Below are positions 1 to 12,824 of a stretch of DNA of 64,000 nt, in pieces. The notes under the pieces were generated by a model. It was not told the DNA's origin. It ran no database searches and was given only the letters and a program-made list of their open reading frames with translations. Each line of letters opens with the position of its first letter. Positions within the stretch are counted from its first letter, which is position 1. Location: contig CBFFRQ010000089.1 in assembly GCA_965644315.1 (NCBI GenBank), positions 830,768 through 894,767 on the forward strand, given 5' to 3'. Source of the stretch: Caecitellus pseudoparvulus. Lineage: Eukaryota; Protista; Bigyra: Bicosoecida. Both the position numbers and the translations under genes were made by a program.

Positions 1-35
1 CCGGCGCAGGGGGGCGCCTGAGCCCCCGTTCACAG

Positions 36-3000
36 GCGGCAGCTGCCGTGGAGGCGTTGTTGCAGTACGTGTCGAACGAGCTGAGTGTGGCGGCGGACCA
101 GCCTGGAGTGGTGACGTTTGAAGGCGTGGCTGCCTTGGCTGGCACGGTGGCAGCGCTGCTGGCTGAGCAGAAGAACTTCAAAGTGCCCTTTGTGGCCATG
201 CAAGTCATCGAGCGCCTCGTGGGCAGCATGCCTGGCCTGGCAAAGGCCCACGCGAGCACGCTGCTGACGCCGCTGCTGGGGCGGTTGGGAGACACGAAAA
301 TCGTCTTCCGGCACGCGTGCTTGAAGACGGCAGGCGCCGTGTGCCGCCTCATGCCGCCAGCCTCCGTGCTGGAACACTTGAGCCCCATGCTGGGCCACCG
401 CAGTCGTTTTGTCCGTGAGAGCTCCGCCAAACTCCTCACGGTGTGCTTGCTGTGCATTCCAACGCAGCAGTTCGACGTGCCGCAGCTGCTGGCAGCGCTG
501 GCGCCGCTGCTGTCTGATGCGGCAGTGAAAGTGACGGCAGCGGCGCTGGACACCCTGGCAGCGCTGCATGTCATGTTGTGGACGGCGGGGGGCGGCGAGG
601 GCCTGGTGCCGTCCTCTGACGCCACGTCGCAGTTGCTGGCGGAATTAGGGCATCACGGCGGCGTGCCGTCCACTGCACCGGTGCTGACAGCGGTGTCCAA
701 GCGCCTGCGCGACGCAACGGCACCCTTGCCGTGTTTGTCTTCAAAAGGGTACCTTGAGCTGGGCAGTCGTGGTGCGGCAGCCGTCAAGGCAGCGTACACG
801 CGTCACGTTGCACCAGCTCCAGTGCATGCAAGCAGCCCATCGCCTCCTTCAGCCGTTGACGGCGACCCGAGCGCCGACCAGGGGCAGGAAGTGTCCAGCG
901 CCCATGCTAGCGATGAGGAGCGCTCAGAATCTGGCTCAGGCAGCTCGGCAGGTGACACAGAAGCCTCCGACGCGTCATCGCTGGAAGGTGGCGGTGCTGG
1001 CATGCACCGCAGCAGGTCAGGCAGCAGCGGCAGTGGGAGTGGTTCTTCTTACGGCTCCTCTGGCGAAGAGAGCGCTGAGGACAGCAGCATTGAGGACTTT
1101 GCCACTCTGACGGTGCGCGTGGGGCAAGCGACGGCACTGCCTGCCGTGCCGGGTACGCCGCACACGTCGCCCATCAGCACCGCATCACGACCTCGCAGTG
1201 CCCGACCAGGTGACCCCGCCACGCCCCAGGCAGGCGGGGGCGGCGGCGTTGGTGGTGATTCGGAGGAGGACGATGTTGAAGATTTCGCAGTGCCGCCGTC
1301 ACCAGTGCAGGGTGCGAGGGGCAGCGGGGCGTTGTCGGCACGTGCAGAGCGGCGGCGGCCGTTGGGGGGGTGGGAGGGGGGTCACACCCCCCCTCACCGT
1401 GGCGCAGCTGCCTTTGGCGGCCTCTCTGGCTCTGGTCGGCGTCTGTCTCTGGGCTCAGCCTCTGGCGCCAGGGGGGGTGTGGTGGCCCCCATATCCCCCC
1501 TCGCATCTGGGCGGGTCGCGGAGGGGGGGCCTGGACCCCCCTCCCCTGGCCAGCTGCACATTGGGGAAGACGAGCACAAGAGCAGGTTCGGCTACGAAGC
1601 GGCTCTGTTTGGGGTGGGCCACCTGCAGCACCAGCGCGAGGGGGGGTATGCCCCCCCTCGCGCCGCCTCCATCGGAGAGGACAGCGTGGACGATTTCAGC
1701 GTCCCGGACACGAGCCCCCTGCGCCCGGGTCCGGGGGTGGAGGCGGCTGCCGCCCCGGCACCGTCGGGCGGCGCGGTGACTCAAGGGTCAGGTCGCGGTG
1801 ACTCCTCCACCGCCTCCGCATCCTTCGGCCATGGTGGGCCCATGTACGGCCGCCGGTCCCGGGCGAGCACGGGGGGCGCCTCCCCCCCCACTCTGCAGGG
1901 CGGACTGCCCACCCACCCCGCCAGCGTGTCGGCCCACCAGAGCAGCGGCAGCGCCTCCACGTCTGGGCGGGTGGGCCCAGATGCCGTGGCGTCGTGGCTG
2001 GATGCCACGGCGGCGGGTGCCGACACTGCGCCTCGCGTGGGCGGTGGGTCCACCCCCCCTCCCGTGCGCAGTGGTCGGCGGCAGTGGACTGCTGCGGGCT
2101 CCAGCTTCGAGCCCAACGCCAGTGCTCTGGAGGAGGGGCCGGCGGTGGGTGCGCCCGCTGCCGCCCCAGCCGGGGACACGGGCGCTGCGATGAGGGCCAA
2201 GTTGACCACGTTGCCCTCTCGAGGCGCCACGTACCGGTCAGGCAAGCGGCGGGTGGTGAGTGCTGCTGCGCGTGCAGAGGGCACCGCCACCTCCACTGGG
2301 CTGTTGTCGCCAACGACCACATCAACGGCGCATCAAGGCGGGTCAGGTGGGCCCAGGGCGCCGACGGGGCAGGCGGCAGATACCCGCCCACGCCGTGGTC
2401 CAGGGGGTCGCTTCGTGTCGGCTGGGGCCGTGCAGTATGGCCGCCGAGCTGGGGAGGGGGGGGGAGCGGACACGGGGGAGGGGGGGGGTGGTGGTGACAA
2501 GGGTGTCCGGTGGGCAGCTGGCGTGCAGCCAAGTGTGGGCGGTGGGGCGGGTGGCGCCACCTTCACGCGGGTACAGGCGGGTCAGGCGTGGGGCTCCGAG
2601 TCACCGGACGTGCCCCGCGGCCAAGACAGCCGGGCCAAGTCGGACGCGATGCCAGTCATGCAGGTGGGGCATTTGGAGGGGGGGGGGTCTCACGCCCCCT
2701 CAGCTCCTGCGCCCCACCACACCCGCTCCACCTCTGGCTCCAGCTCAGCGCGGGGGTATGTGGGGTCCAGGCCAGTGGCGCTGGAGTCACCCCCTGCGGT
2801 GGGTGGGCCCACCAAGGCGGCGGCCATGACTCCCGGCACGGCGTCTCTGGCGGCCGCCCCCCCCAAGCACTACGATGAGGGGGGTGCAGCCCCCCCCCTG
2901 CGGCAGCGAGCTGGCATTGGCATTGGCTTCGCCGGCCCTGCTGCCAGCGCAGGCGTGGGGCGCGAAGCCGCAGGGGGGAGTGGGGGGGGGCAGGAGGAGG

Positions 3001-5326
3001 GGGGTGCACCCCCCCCTCGACAGGGCAGAGGCGCTGCCCCTCACGGCAGTGCCTTCCGCCCCCCCACCCTGGACCTCAGCGGCCAGGCTGCAGCGGCACA
3101 GGAGTCGTCGGACACACCTGCAGCTGACACGCCTGCTGGATCCCAGGGTGGGGGGGGGGGTGCCACCCCCTCCATCAGGCCCCAAGTGTCCGGCAGCGGG
3201 CAGGGGGGTGGGCGTCTGCCCCTGGGGCGACGCGCCGCCATGGCGCGTGCGAAGAGCCGAGGTCGCAGCCGTGGTCGCAGCCGCTCCAGCGCTCGCACAG
3301 GCAGCGCGGTCGCCGGCACACCCAGCAGCGTCAACTGGGGCACGCCCACCCCCACGCCCACTACAGACGCCCCCTCCGCCCTGTCAGCTGACCAGGTGTC
3401 CTCAGCGTTGGGACCCCCCCCCAGCAGGGGGTCCGTGGCCGGTGCCGGGCCGGGGCGGTCCGTCTCTCCTCGACCCACAGGGCGCGTCCCCCGTGCCAGC
3501 ACCAGTGACGCCGGCGGCGAGGCGCTGTACATCCCCACTGCCGACTTGGCGCCCTGCCGCAACCCCGCCGCCACACTGCAGAAAGTGCTGGGCGACCTGG
3601 GCAGCTCTGACTGGAGCGCGCAGTTCAATGCGCTGAACAACCTGCGGCGCCTGGCAGTGCACCACGGGGATGTGCTGGGTGACAACCTACGGGAGGCGCT
3701 GGAGGGCCTGCTGCCCCTGGTGGACTCCCTGCGTTCCTCCGTATCCAAGAACGCCGTGCTGACAGTGGCGGACCTGTTCAGCGGCCTGGGCAAGGCGTGC
3801 GACGCGCACTTGCCCAGCATCACGGCAGTGCTGCTGCGGCTGGGCGGCACATCCAACGCCTTCATCGGCGAGTCGGCTGCCATGGCGCTCAAGAGCATGC
3901 TGGACAACTGTTCCGACAGCCGTGTTCTTGCTGCCCTGGTGGCGGCGGCAGGGCACCGCAAGAGCGGCGTGGCGAGCCAGGCGCCGCTGTGGCTGGATGC
4001 GGCCGTGGAGGTGATGGGGGGTGGCGGCGGCACCTCCTCCCCCCTGGCCCAGGGCCCCACACCCCGCCTCAACGCGCTGAGGGAGAAGGAGGTGGTGGCC
4101 CTGCTCAGTGTGGGGGCACGCTTTGCCGCTGCTGGGGCCGAGGAGACACGTCACTCCGCCAAGCGTCTCCTCGTGCGGCTGCATGCCAGCGGCGTGGCGA
4201 GCGAGGGGACGCTAGCGACCCTCTCCGAGCGCACAGCAGACGTGGTGCGGGGTGTGTGGAGCAAGGGTCTGCGCAATGTGCCGCTGGCAAGCCCCACACT
4301 GGCCCTGGCGCAGGGGCAGGGGGGTGTGGGGGGGGGTGGCACTGGCGCCAGCCCGCAGCGGGGACGAGGGCGGTCGCGCGCCAGGTCGCGTGCGACCAGC
4401 CGCTCCCGTGCCGCACGGCGTGCCTCGCGTGCCGTGAGTCGTGGCCAGGAGGGGGGAGGGGGTGGGGAGGGGGGTCCAACCCCCCCTCCGCCGCCGCTGC
4501 TAGCAGTGATGGCGGTGGTGGCACCTCAGCTGGCGGCTTCAGCTCACCCGGCAGCGTGCCTGACGGCATGGCGCCACTGACCCCCCAGCTGCGCCAGTGG
4601 GTGGGCGAGCTCGACGAAAGGTCGTGGGCGGCCCGTGTCGGCGCTCTGCAGGCGCTGGGAGCAGCTGCCAGCGACCCTGCCAACGGCGCTGCAGTGGCAG
4701 CGAGCGGGCTGAGCGTCCTGGACGACACGGCACGTCGACTGGGGGATGGAAATGTGAAGGTGGCGGCGGCAGCAGGTGCCGCGCTGCAGCAGATGCTCGC
4801 CTCGCCGTACCTGTCCCCCATCCTGCCCGCGGCGGCAGCGGTACTGACGCCGCATGTGGTGGGCGGGCTGGCCAATGCCTCACGGCAGGTGGCTGGCGCG
4901 GCCAGTGCCGCGCTGCAAGACCTCATCGCAGCCGTTCCCGCCCGCAGCATCGTGCCCCCCCTCATCTCAGCCATGGCGCACCCCCACGCCAAGGCCAGGT
5001 CGGGAGCCCTGTCCGGCCTGGGCGCTGTGCTGCCGGTGCTGGCGGGTAGTGCTGACACGGCTGCTTCTGCGCTGGTGCGCGAGGGTGTTCTGCCTGTCAT
5101 GTTCCGAGCTGTCGACGACAGCGCGCCGGCTGTGCGAGCCACGGCCAGCAAGGCCCTGCAAACTGCCGCCAAGGTGCTTGGCGCGCACAGTATGGACCAG
5201 GCACTGGATGCGACGGTGGCCCCCCTGCCGCCTGCAGAGGCCGATGCTCGGCGGGACAAGGTGCAGCGGGCCCTGGCGGGGGGCAGTGGCTCCACACGGC
5301 GCCTGCACAGCCAGCGGCGTCTGTGA
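36..5326 (+). CDS. TOG/HEAT-repeat microtubule-binding protein (TOGARAM/crescerin- or CLASP-like), 5'-partial
   Basis: The exon opens after an acceptor TTCACAG (29-35) in the frame of ORF 48..4580. It encodes N-terminal HEAT repeats (RLGDTKIVFR), a long G/S/P/A linker and a CLASP_N-like TOG domain (SSDWSAQFNALNNLRRL...DSLRSSVSKNA). A further TOG domain lies in the 3797..5326 frame (RSWAARVGAL, RLGDGNVKV, AVDDSAPAVR). The frame change near 4430-4590 is either an intron (4434-4588) or a homopolymer indel. Confidence 0.75.
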
Positions 5327-5528
5327 GGGGGGCTTGACTGAACGGGCCATCTGCCGGCGCGCGTGGAGGGTTTGTGGACGGTGTGGGTCAAATGCAAATA
5401 CTCTGTGCCACATCGATGTGGCCCCACCGAGCTGGCACACGCTAGCCGACCTCCAAGTGCCACTGGCGAGTGCCTTTGCTTGGCACCGAACTTCACCAGT
5501 TTTGCCCCGAGCTTGGTGAGACCGAGTC

Positions 5529-7091
5529 ATGGCCACCACTCCGCCCAGGGACAGGGCGGGGAGGGAGGGCGCTCCGTACACGCCCTCTTCCTCCCGGAGT
5601 CTGCACGCGCACTTCGCTGCAGCCTCGCCCCGTTCGCCCGAGGTGGGGGATGCTGCCGTGCAACGCCTGCGGGAATTGGGCTCCTCCCTCCGCTCACGCC
5701 TAGGTGAGTGCTCTGCGCCTGCGTGCAGTCCTTATACTAGGAGCACGCGAGCTTGTGGATCCATTGGAGTCGCATGTATTCAAGTGGACTGCCTTTTTCG
5801 CGTTTACCACCGTGTTGCTTGGCAATGGCTGGCGCAAGCGTGGCAGCTGCTCGTGTGTCGCAGCGACGGGGCACTCACCACTCCCTCCCTGCCCCCCTTC
5901 TTGAGCACAGCGGAGCTGGGAGCTCATGCCAGCATGTTGAGTGAGACGCAACATGCTGCACACGAGGCCGTTGCTCGTGAGCGGGCCGCCGCCCGCATGC
6001 ACGCTGCTGCGTTTGACGCTCAAACGGCAGCGGAGGCTGCAGCAGCTGTGCCGAACCGCAGTGCGCCCTTGCCGGGCAGGTGGCGGGGGTCACCAGAGGC
6101 AGCAGCAGCGACGTCCCACCATGTGTTTGAAGAGACCGCCCCTGTGCACGACCCTGCTGCGTTTTACGCGGCCGTGTCCAGCGCAGCAGGTGAGCGCATC
6201 GCAGCCAGCGAGGCGGCGGCTGCGGTGGATATTCGCCGGGCGCTGCCAGGTCTTGGCGCTGAGGGGAGCGCCGTGCCGCCTGGCAAGGGCTTGCAAGTTC
6301 TCATCGACCTCGTGGCTCAGCTGACGCAGCGGGTGGCTGGGCTGGAGCGGGAGCTGTCCTTGGCTCGGGCTCGTGCCGATGCTGCCGAGAGCATTGCAGA
6401 GGAACGCATGACAGCGCTCATGGGAGTCACCACCATCCACACAAATGTGTTGGACAAGATGCAGCAGGACGCGCAAGCGGCTAGCCGGCGCCTGGGAGAG
6501 GTGGAGGGGCGCGTTGCCAGCGTTGCCGCTGCCAGTGACTCCGGCCTGCAGCACTGCGCCAGTGAGCGCGGAACGCTCCTAGGCCGTCTGGATTCGCTGG
6601 GAGATGCGTGTTCCTCGAACACTTCGGCAGCCTCTGAGCTGAAGGACGAGGTGCAGCGAACGCGGGCCGCTGCGCAAGCTGCCGCACGGCGCCATGCGGA
6701 ATTAGCGCAGCGCGTGGAAGCGCTGGAACGAGCCGTGCGTTACGGCAGCAAGGCTAGCAGCCCACTCCCGGTGAGCCCCCCCACTGCAGATGGTGCCGGT
6801 GTGCCTGCTGCGGCCCAGGCTGCCCAAGACACGGCGACCGTGCTGTCAGACCTCGCGCGCCTGAGCCATGGCAGCAGTGGTGGCGGCGCGGCACACGAGC
6901 CAGAGGCGGAACCGGACATCACTGCGCGCCTGACGACATCGGTGATGGAGGGTCTGAGTGCTTCACATGTGGCAGGGCGGACTCCGGTGAGCTCCCCTTG
7001 GCGACGGGCGGAGGGGGGCTCCAACGGCGGCTCCACTGACCCGGACGAACTGAGGGATGTGCTGTCACAGCTGCACGACCTCACATCGTGA
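5529..7091 (+). CDS. Hypothetical coiled-coil protein; probable intron 5704-5910
   Basis: ATG 5529 to TGA 7091. Heptad-rich stretches (LVAQLTQRVAGLERELSLARARA; ELAQRVEALER). A GTGAGT...GCACAG intron removes a compositionally odd C/W-rich segment in frame. Confidence 0.6.
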   Translation: MATTPPRDRAGREGAPYTPSSSRSLHAHFAAASPRSPEVGDAAVQRLRELGSSLRSRLGECSAPACSPYTRSTRACGSIGVACIQVDCLFRVYHRVAWQWLAQAWQLLVCRSDGALTTPSLPPFLSTAELGAHASMLSETQHAAHEAVARERAAARMHAAAFDAQTAAEAAAAVPNRSAPLPGRWRGSPEAAAATSHHVFEETAPVHDPAAFYAAVSSAAGERIAASEAAAAVDIRRALPGLGAEGSAVPPGKGLQVLIDLVAQLTQRVAGLERELSLARARADAAESIAEERMTALMGVTTIHTNVLDKMQQDAQAASRRLGEVEGRVASVAAASDSGLQHCASERGTLLGRLDSLGDACSSNTSAASELKDEVQRTRAAAQAAARRHAELAQRVEALERAVRYGSKASSPLPVSPPTADGAGVPAAAQAAQDTATVLSDLARLSHGSSGGGAAHEPEAEPDITARLTTSVMEGLSASHVAGRTPVSSPWRRAEGGSNGGSTDPDELRDVLSQLHDLTS

Positions 7092-7456
7092 GGCAAAGTC
7101 CACAACCCTCACATGCGCGGCAACGCGCCCCCCCTCTGTCGCGTGCCCCCGGCGGGAGCTGCGCTTGCCGAGAAACTCTCGCAACCACACGCGCCACAGC
7201 AGCGGGGACAGATGCAGGGGGTGGCCACAATCCGCACGAATACAAGCACCAGCATGTCGAACGTCTAGTTTGGCACCCTGCTCCGTCTCGGCCCTTGCGA
7301 CGAGGGTTTCAGCGGCTGCGGCTTCCGCCTGCTCAGCGAAACACTCGCTGTGTGGTGAGCCACCAGGCTGAAGCAGGAGAGGGGGACTGACCAGGCGGCC
7401 AACAAGCTGCTGAAGGCTTTATCGTAGTTAGAAACACACCTCCACGCTTGCTCGTC

Positions 7457-9866
7457 ATGGATCCTCGTTTCGCTCGCATGAAGGATGACCCTGTGAGCCA
7501 ACGCGGAACTTGATGCTGGCCCTGTTCATTTTCCGCACACAGTCACCCGCCCTGAGCGCCGCAGCGCTTCTTCTCACGCAAGAAAAGGGCCCAGAAGGAG
7601 GAAGCAGAGGTTGACGACCGCTTCGCTCTGGACAAGATCGGAGGCGATGCCTTTGCATCGGCTGGTGCGTGCAAGTTGCGCGTCGTGGCGTGCATGGAGG
7701 TGGTTCACGCGCCGCCGCTTGCTTTCTCCAGACGTGAAGACTGATGCCCGAGGGCGCAAGGTGAAGGTGGGGGGTGGACAACGCACACCTCATGCCTCCA
7801 AAAAGCCTAAAGCGGCGGATGCCATGCCTGAGAAGGGCAGTCTGGCAGACCGCTTGGCAGTGCTGAACCGCATCGCACGTGGCGAGGTGGAGATGGAGTC
7901 ATCGGACGAGGAGGACGGCGCCCCGGTGCGAGGCACCCACCTCATCCTGGGCGCAGCCAGTGACTCGGAGGCGGAGGAGGAGGACTTGCCCGAGGTTGGC
8001 GGCGGTGCGGGTGTGGACACGGCGTGGCCAGTGCAGTCCAGTGCCGATGCACCACGGGGTGACGCTTCCCGCCGCCTGGCCATGGTGACGGCAGATTGGG
8101 ATAAATTGAGGGCAGTGGACATTTTCGCTGCGCTGGCGCCGTTCGCGCCGCTGGGCGGCAGCGTGCGCCGTGTGTCGGTGGTGCCGTCGGAATATGGCAA
8201 GAAACGCTTGGAGGAGGAGGCTGTGCGTGGGCCCAGTGTGCCGCGTGCCGCCGCCGCCGCCAACGCCTCCGACAGCGGAACACTCACTGCAGGTGGGCGT
8301 GGAGGGGGGCCTGACGCGGGGTACGACCCAGAGGCGCTTCGGGCGTATGAGCAGTCTCGCCTGAATTATTACTACGCGGTGGTGGAGTGTGACTCCGTCC
8401 GCACCGCTGAAGCCGTGTACGGGGAGTGTGATGGGATGGAGTACGAAGGCAGCGCGAACACAATTGACCTGCGGTTCATCCCGGACGATGTGGAGATTCC
8501 CTTCCAGCCCCGTGACTCGGCTACGTCTGTCCCAGCTGACTACATTCCACGCATGTTCGTGACACACGCGCTGCAGGCCACGGATGTGCCGCTGACGTGG
8601 GACGCCGACGACCACGAACGCACGGAGGCCATGGCTCTGCTGTCCCGCGCTACACGGCCCATGACCCGCAAGGAGCGGCGTGCGCTGAAGAAGGCGGGTC
8701 GATCCGTGAATGCGCTGGAGGATGATGATGAGTTGCTCGCGGTGGAGGCGGCGGTGTCCAAGTTCCTGGCGCCCACAGAGGGCTCAGACGAGGAGGGTGC
8801 GGCAGGACAAGGTGCTGAACCAGGTAGTGACTCGGAAGAGGAGGGGGAGGACCCTGCTGCGTTGCGTGCGAAGTACCTTGCTCTGTTGGGCGGTGCGGAA
8901 GTTGACGACGCAGCAGCACCCGAGAGCGACGCCGAAAGCAGCAGTGATGCCGGCGGCAGTGCAGCTGGCTCAGACGATGAGGAAGGGGGAATGTCAAAGA
9001 CCTTCCGTGCACACGCGTCTGTGGATGGGAATCGCACCATGGTGGTGCGCGAGGGGCGTTCTGCCTCGGAGCGTCTGGAGGCACGGCAGGCTGCCAAGGC
9101 TGCCACGCAGGGCGAAAGCGTGTTTGAGGCGTACCGCAGGCAGAAACGCGAAAAACGCCGTGAACGACGCGAAAGTGAGAAGGCGGCTCGTCGAGCTGCC
9201 AGGCAAGGCGCGGAGGTGGCGCCGGAGGAAGGCGCCCTGAGCGCTGACCCTTTGTTCAGCGTTGCACAGGCAGGTGACGGCGAGCAGACTAGTGGCAGGG
9301 ATGGGCCGGAGCAGGATGCTGCAGGGCAGGCGGCCCGACTGGCCATGATGATGGGCGATGGCGCCGATGCAGAGTCCGATGATGATGCGGATGCCTACCG
9401 GGGCGGCAAGGGCCGGGGGGCGAGCAAGAAACGCCCCCGGAAACGCGGGCGGCAGCAGGAGGCTGACGTCACCCTGCACGACGCTGACATGCAGGCAGCC
9501 CAGGCTGCCGGCATCGTATCAGCTGCCCAGGGCGGAGCCCCTGCCCCAGCGGGGGTGGACTCTCGTTTTTCTGCGCTGGTCAGCGACCCGCGCTTCGCAC
9601 AGGATCCGACGCACCCTGCCTTCAAGAAGTCTGCCGTCACAGAGGCAGTGCGCTCTGCAAAGGCCCGCCGCACGGCCTCTGCCTCCACACCCTCCTCTGC
9701 TGCCAAGGCGCCCGCTTCCAAGGCTGTCTCCGACATGGCTGCTCGCGTGGCAGGCAAGTTCGCAACGGCTGGCTCCAAGGCAGCCGCCGCAGCCACGCAG
9801 GCCTCTCGAGCCGCCACCGGCTTGAGCAAACGCAAGAAGTCCAGCAAGAAGAAGAGTCGCAAGTGA
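7457..9866 (+). CDS. ESF1: Pre-rRNA processing protein ESF1 (exons 7457-7492, 7565-7664, 7732-9866)
   Basis: Spliced N-terminus MDPRFARMKDDP|RFF...VDDRF...|DVKTDARGRK. Core motifs RRLAMVTADWDKLRAVDI, PSEYGKKRL, LRAYEQSRLNYYYAVVECDS, CDGMEYE, DLRFIPD, LTWD. NUC153-like DSRFSAL...FAQDPTHPAFKKS and a Lys-rich tail. Confidence 0.93.
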
Positions 9867-10022
9867 ATGCACGACGCTGCCTTCGCTTGGTTTGCAGGTG
9901 CGGGTGGCAGAGCATCAGGAAATGGTGCGTCTGCGTTTTGAGTGGGTTGCATGCATTGAGTCAGCGAACAAACGGAAAGGCGGTGCGCGGGGGTGCCGCT
10001 CGATGGGGGTGCATGAAAGGCT

Positions 10023-10605
10023 TCACTTCAAGGCGTTGGCAGCCTGCAGGGCCCCCTCCAGCTTGCCTGAGCGGTGCATGGCGGCGGTCTCGTCGCCGCC
10101 GCCGATGCATGAGCCGCCGATGAACACGCTGGGCACCGTACCCCGCCCAGTCAGGTTCTTCACGGACGCCTGCACGGCGCCTCCATCGGAGCGATCGTCC
10201 TGCAATGCAGACAGAGCATGGTGCGCACTGCGAGCAGCGTGGCGAGACGCAGCACGCACTAGCTCCACCACCACGATGTCCTGGATGTCGTAGTGGGACA
10301 GGGCTTCCTTCTGCGGAGGGCCGGGGTGTGCGTGCTCTTCAGCACGGCAAGACAGCAAAGCAAAGATGACACAGTTGACACACTCACCGCCTTCTCGCAG
10401 TAGGGGCAGTACGTCTTGCTGTGAGCAGGGCTTGTGGGCAGGTGAGTGCTGGAGCGAAGCCAGGCGCTGCGCCACTTGGCAGTGACCCAGTGAAAGCGTC
10501 AATGGAGCACCACGACACGCACGAGAAGACAACGACTGCATGCTTGTCCAGAAGCTCCTCCACGAACGCGTCGCTCTTGGGCGTTGCGCTGGCTGCAGCT
10601 CCCAT
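10023..10605 (-). CDS. Dithiol glutaredoxin, CPYC type (exons 10605-10523, 10418-10388, 10310-10260, 10199-10023)
   Basis: Splicing three GT-AG introns gives MGAAASATPKSDAFVEELLDKHAVVVFSKTYCPYCEKAKEAL...TGRGTVPSVFIGGSCIGGGDE, containing the CPYC, TVP and GG motifs. Confidence 0.93.
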
Positions 10606-10825
10606 GGCTGCCTGGCAGCGGAGAATGTGTGCGCTGATTCCCGCAGGGGGGGAGGGGGGGGCACGACTGCGTGCGGGGGAAATGCACATTGGGCGCTATC
10701 CCCAATGTAGGCCAAAAATATTTTGATAAACAGTTCTCACTCCGCCCGGCCCACTGCACTGCGCTTGGGCTGCTTGGCACGTTTGCCTCTGGTGCACTGC
10801 ACCTGCCACGCAAACCGAGCTCACC

Positions 10826-12824
10826 ATGTTCTCCATCAGCAAGCTGCTGCTCGCCGCGGCTGTGGCTGCATGTGCATGCGGGACTTGGGCGGCGACAGCC
10901 CCTGCCGGCTGGACTCAGGGCCCGTGCGTGCCTGCGTGTGTGGCGTGAAGCTCTGCGCTGGTCGGCACGCCACGCTGTCTTGGCTTTGCAGGCGGGCGTC
11001 TGGCGACGCGCAGCTATCCCTGCTCTTCGCCGTCAAGCTGGCCAGCACACAGAAGCTGACTTCGGAGCTGTATGCTGTCAGCGACCCCGCTTCACCCCGC
11101 TTCGGCCAGCACCTGTCCAAGGCGGAGGCGGATTCTCTCGTCACCCCAGTGCGTGCTCCGTGATTCGGCACCTGCGGCCTGGCTGCTCGTCTGCTGCGCG
11201 CGCGGCCAAGGCGGCGCTGCACGCCTGGCACCCCTCACCCCCCCTCCCCACTCCCAGGATGCCACCGCGCTGGAGGCGGTCAAGGGCTTCTTGGCGCAGC
11301 ATGGGCTGGCTGGCACCCCCCTCGGGAGCGGCGGTAAGGCTGCCCTGGCGTGCACAAAGCAGGTCACGCCTCACCAGCACGCCTGACCCCACCCATGCCC
11401 GCAGAATACGTCTCTGTGACCGTGCCTGTCGCCAAGGCTGAGGAAATGCTGGGTGCCGAGTACTACACCTGGACTGCAGGGGACGCCACCGTCACGCGCT
11501 CCCTCGCACTGAACCTGCCCACGGCCTTGGCAGGCGCCGTGGACTTCGTGTCCCCCACCACCGGCTTCCCCAGCGCGCGGACGCCAGTGCCCCAAGTTGC
11601 CTACCGTGGCCGCCGACTGCGTGGACTGTCCTCCTCCTCCTACGTGGATGACCGCGCGGCAGCTGAGGTCATCACCCCCAGCGTCATTGGGCAAGTCTAC
11701 GGCACAGCCGATGCCACGACGCAGGGCAACTTGCAGGGCAACAAGGTGGCTGTGGCGCAGTTCCTGGGGCAGTTTTACAGCCCCGATGACCTGGAGACGT
11801 TCTTCCAGGACTTCGTGCCCACCGCTGAAGGCCGCAAGCCGACGGTGTACGGCCCGAACGACGCCGGCAACCCTGGCGTGGAGGCGAGCCTGGACATCCA
11901 GTACGCCATGGGCGTGGCCTCCCATGTCCCCACTGACTTCTTCTCTACCCCTGGGCAGCAGCCTGGCAGCCCCGAGAATGAGCCGTTCTTGACTTGGCTC
12001 ACAAAGCTCGGCGGCTTCAGCGATGGCGACTTGCCTCAAGTGGTGTCAGTCAGCTACGGTGCGTTGGGGGCGCATGACACAATGCGGTGCATCCTGCCCA
12101 CTCCCAGCACGCTTTCCCTCCCTGCACAGGCGACAATGAGGACACGGTGCTGTTCGACTACGCCGTGCGAGTGAACGTTGAGTTCCAGCGACTGGGCGCA
12201 CGAGGCGTGACCTTCCTGTTCTCGTCCGGTGATGGTGGCGTGGCTGGCAGCCAGACGACGCCCTGCACCGACTTCATCCCCACCTTCCCTGCTGCTTCCC
12301 CGTACGTCACGGCTGTCGGCGGCACGCGGCGTGTCAGCGCCACTGGCGAGGTGGCCGCCAGCCTCAGCAGCGGCGGCTTCTCCAACTACTGGCCACGCCC
12401 TGCGTACCAGGACGAAGCCGTCGCGGCGTACAAGGCAAACATGACTGGCCAGCTCCCGCCTGCCGCGCACTTCAACCAGACTGGCGCAGGCTTCCCTGAC
12501 GTCGCCGCCTTTGCCGAGAACTTCCAGGTGGTGTACAAGGGCAGCACCATCCCCGTCGCTGGCACGTCCTGTGCCAGCCCCACCTTCGCGGCTGTGCTGT
12601 CCCTCGTCAACGGTGCTCGCATGGTGCAGGGCAAGGGTTCCCTTGGCTGGATCAACCCTTGGCTGTACAAGAACGGGCACTTGTTCACGGACATCGTCAG
12701 CGGCAACAACCCCGGATGTGGCAGCCCTGGCTTCTACGCTTCGGCTGGGTGGGACCCCATCACTGGCTGGGGCTCCCCCAACTACAACAAGCTCGTGGAT
12801 GCTCTTGTGTTTGACCGGGAGTAA
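10826..12824 (+). CDS. TPP1: Tripeptidyl-peptidase 1 / sedolisin (peptidase S53) precursor (exons 10826-10923, 10992-11148, 11258-11333, 11405-12058, 12130-12824)
   Basis: Signal peptide MFSISKLLLAAAVAACACG and prodomain VSDPASPRFGQHLS. Catalytic motifs EASLDIQY, SVSYG|DNE, SSGDGG, FPAASPYVTAVGGT, GTSCASP, and the C-terminal GWDPITGWGSP. Confidence 0.93.
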
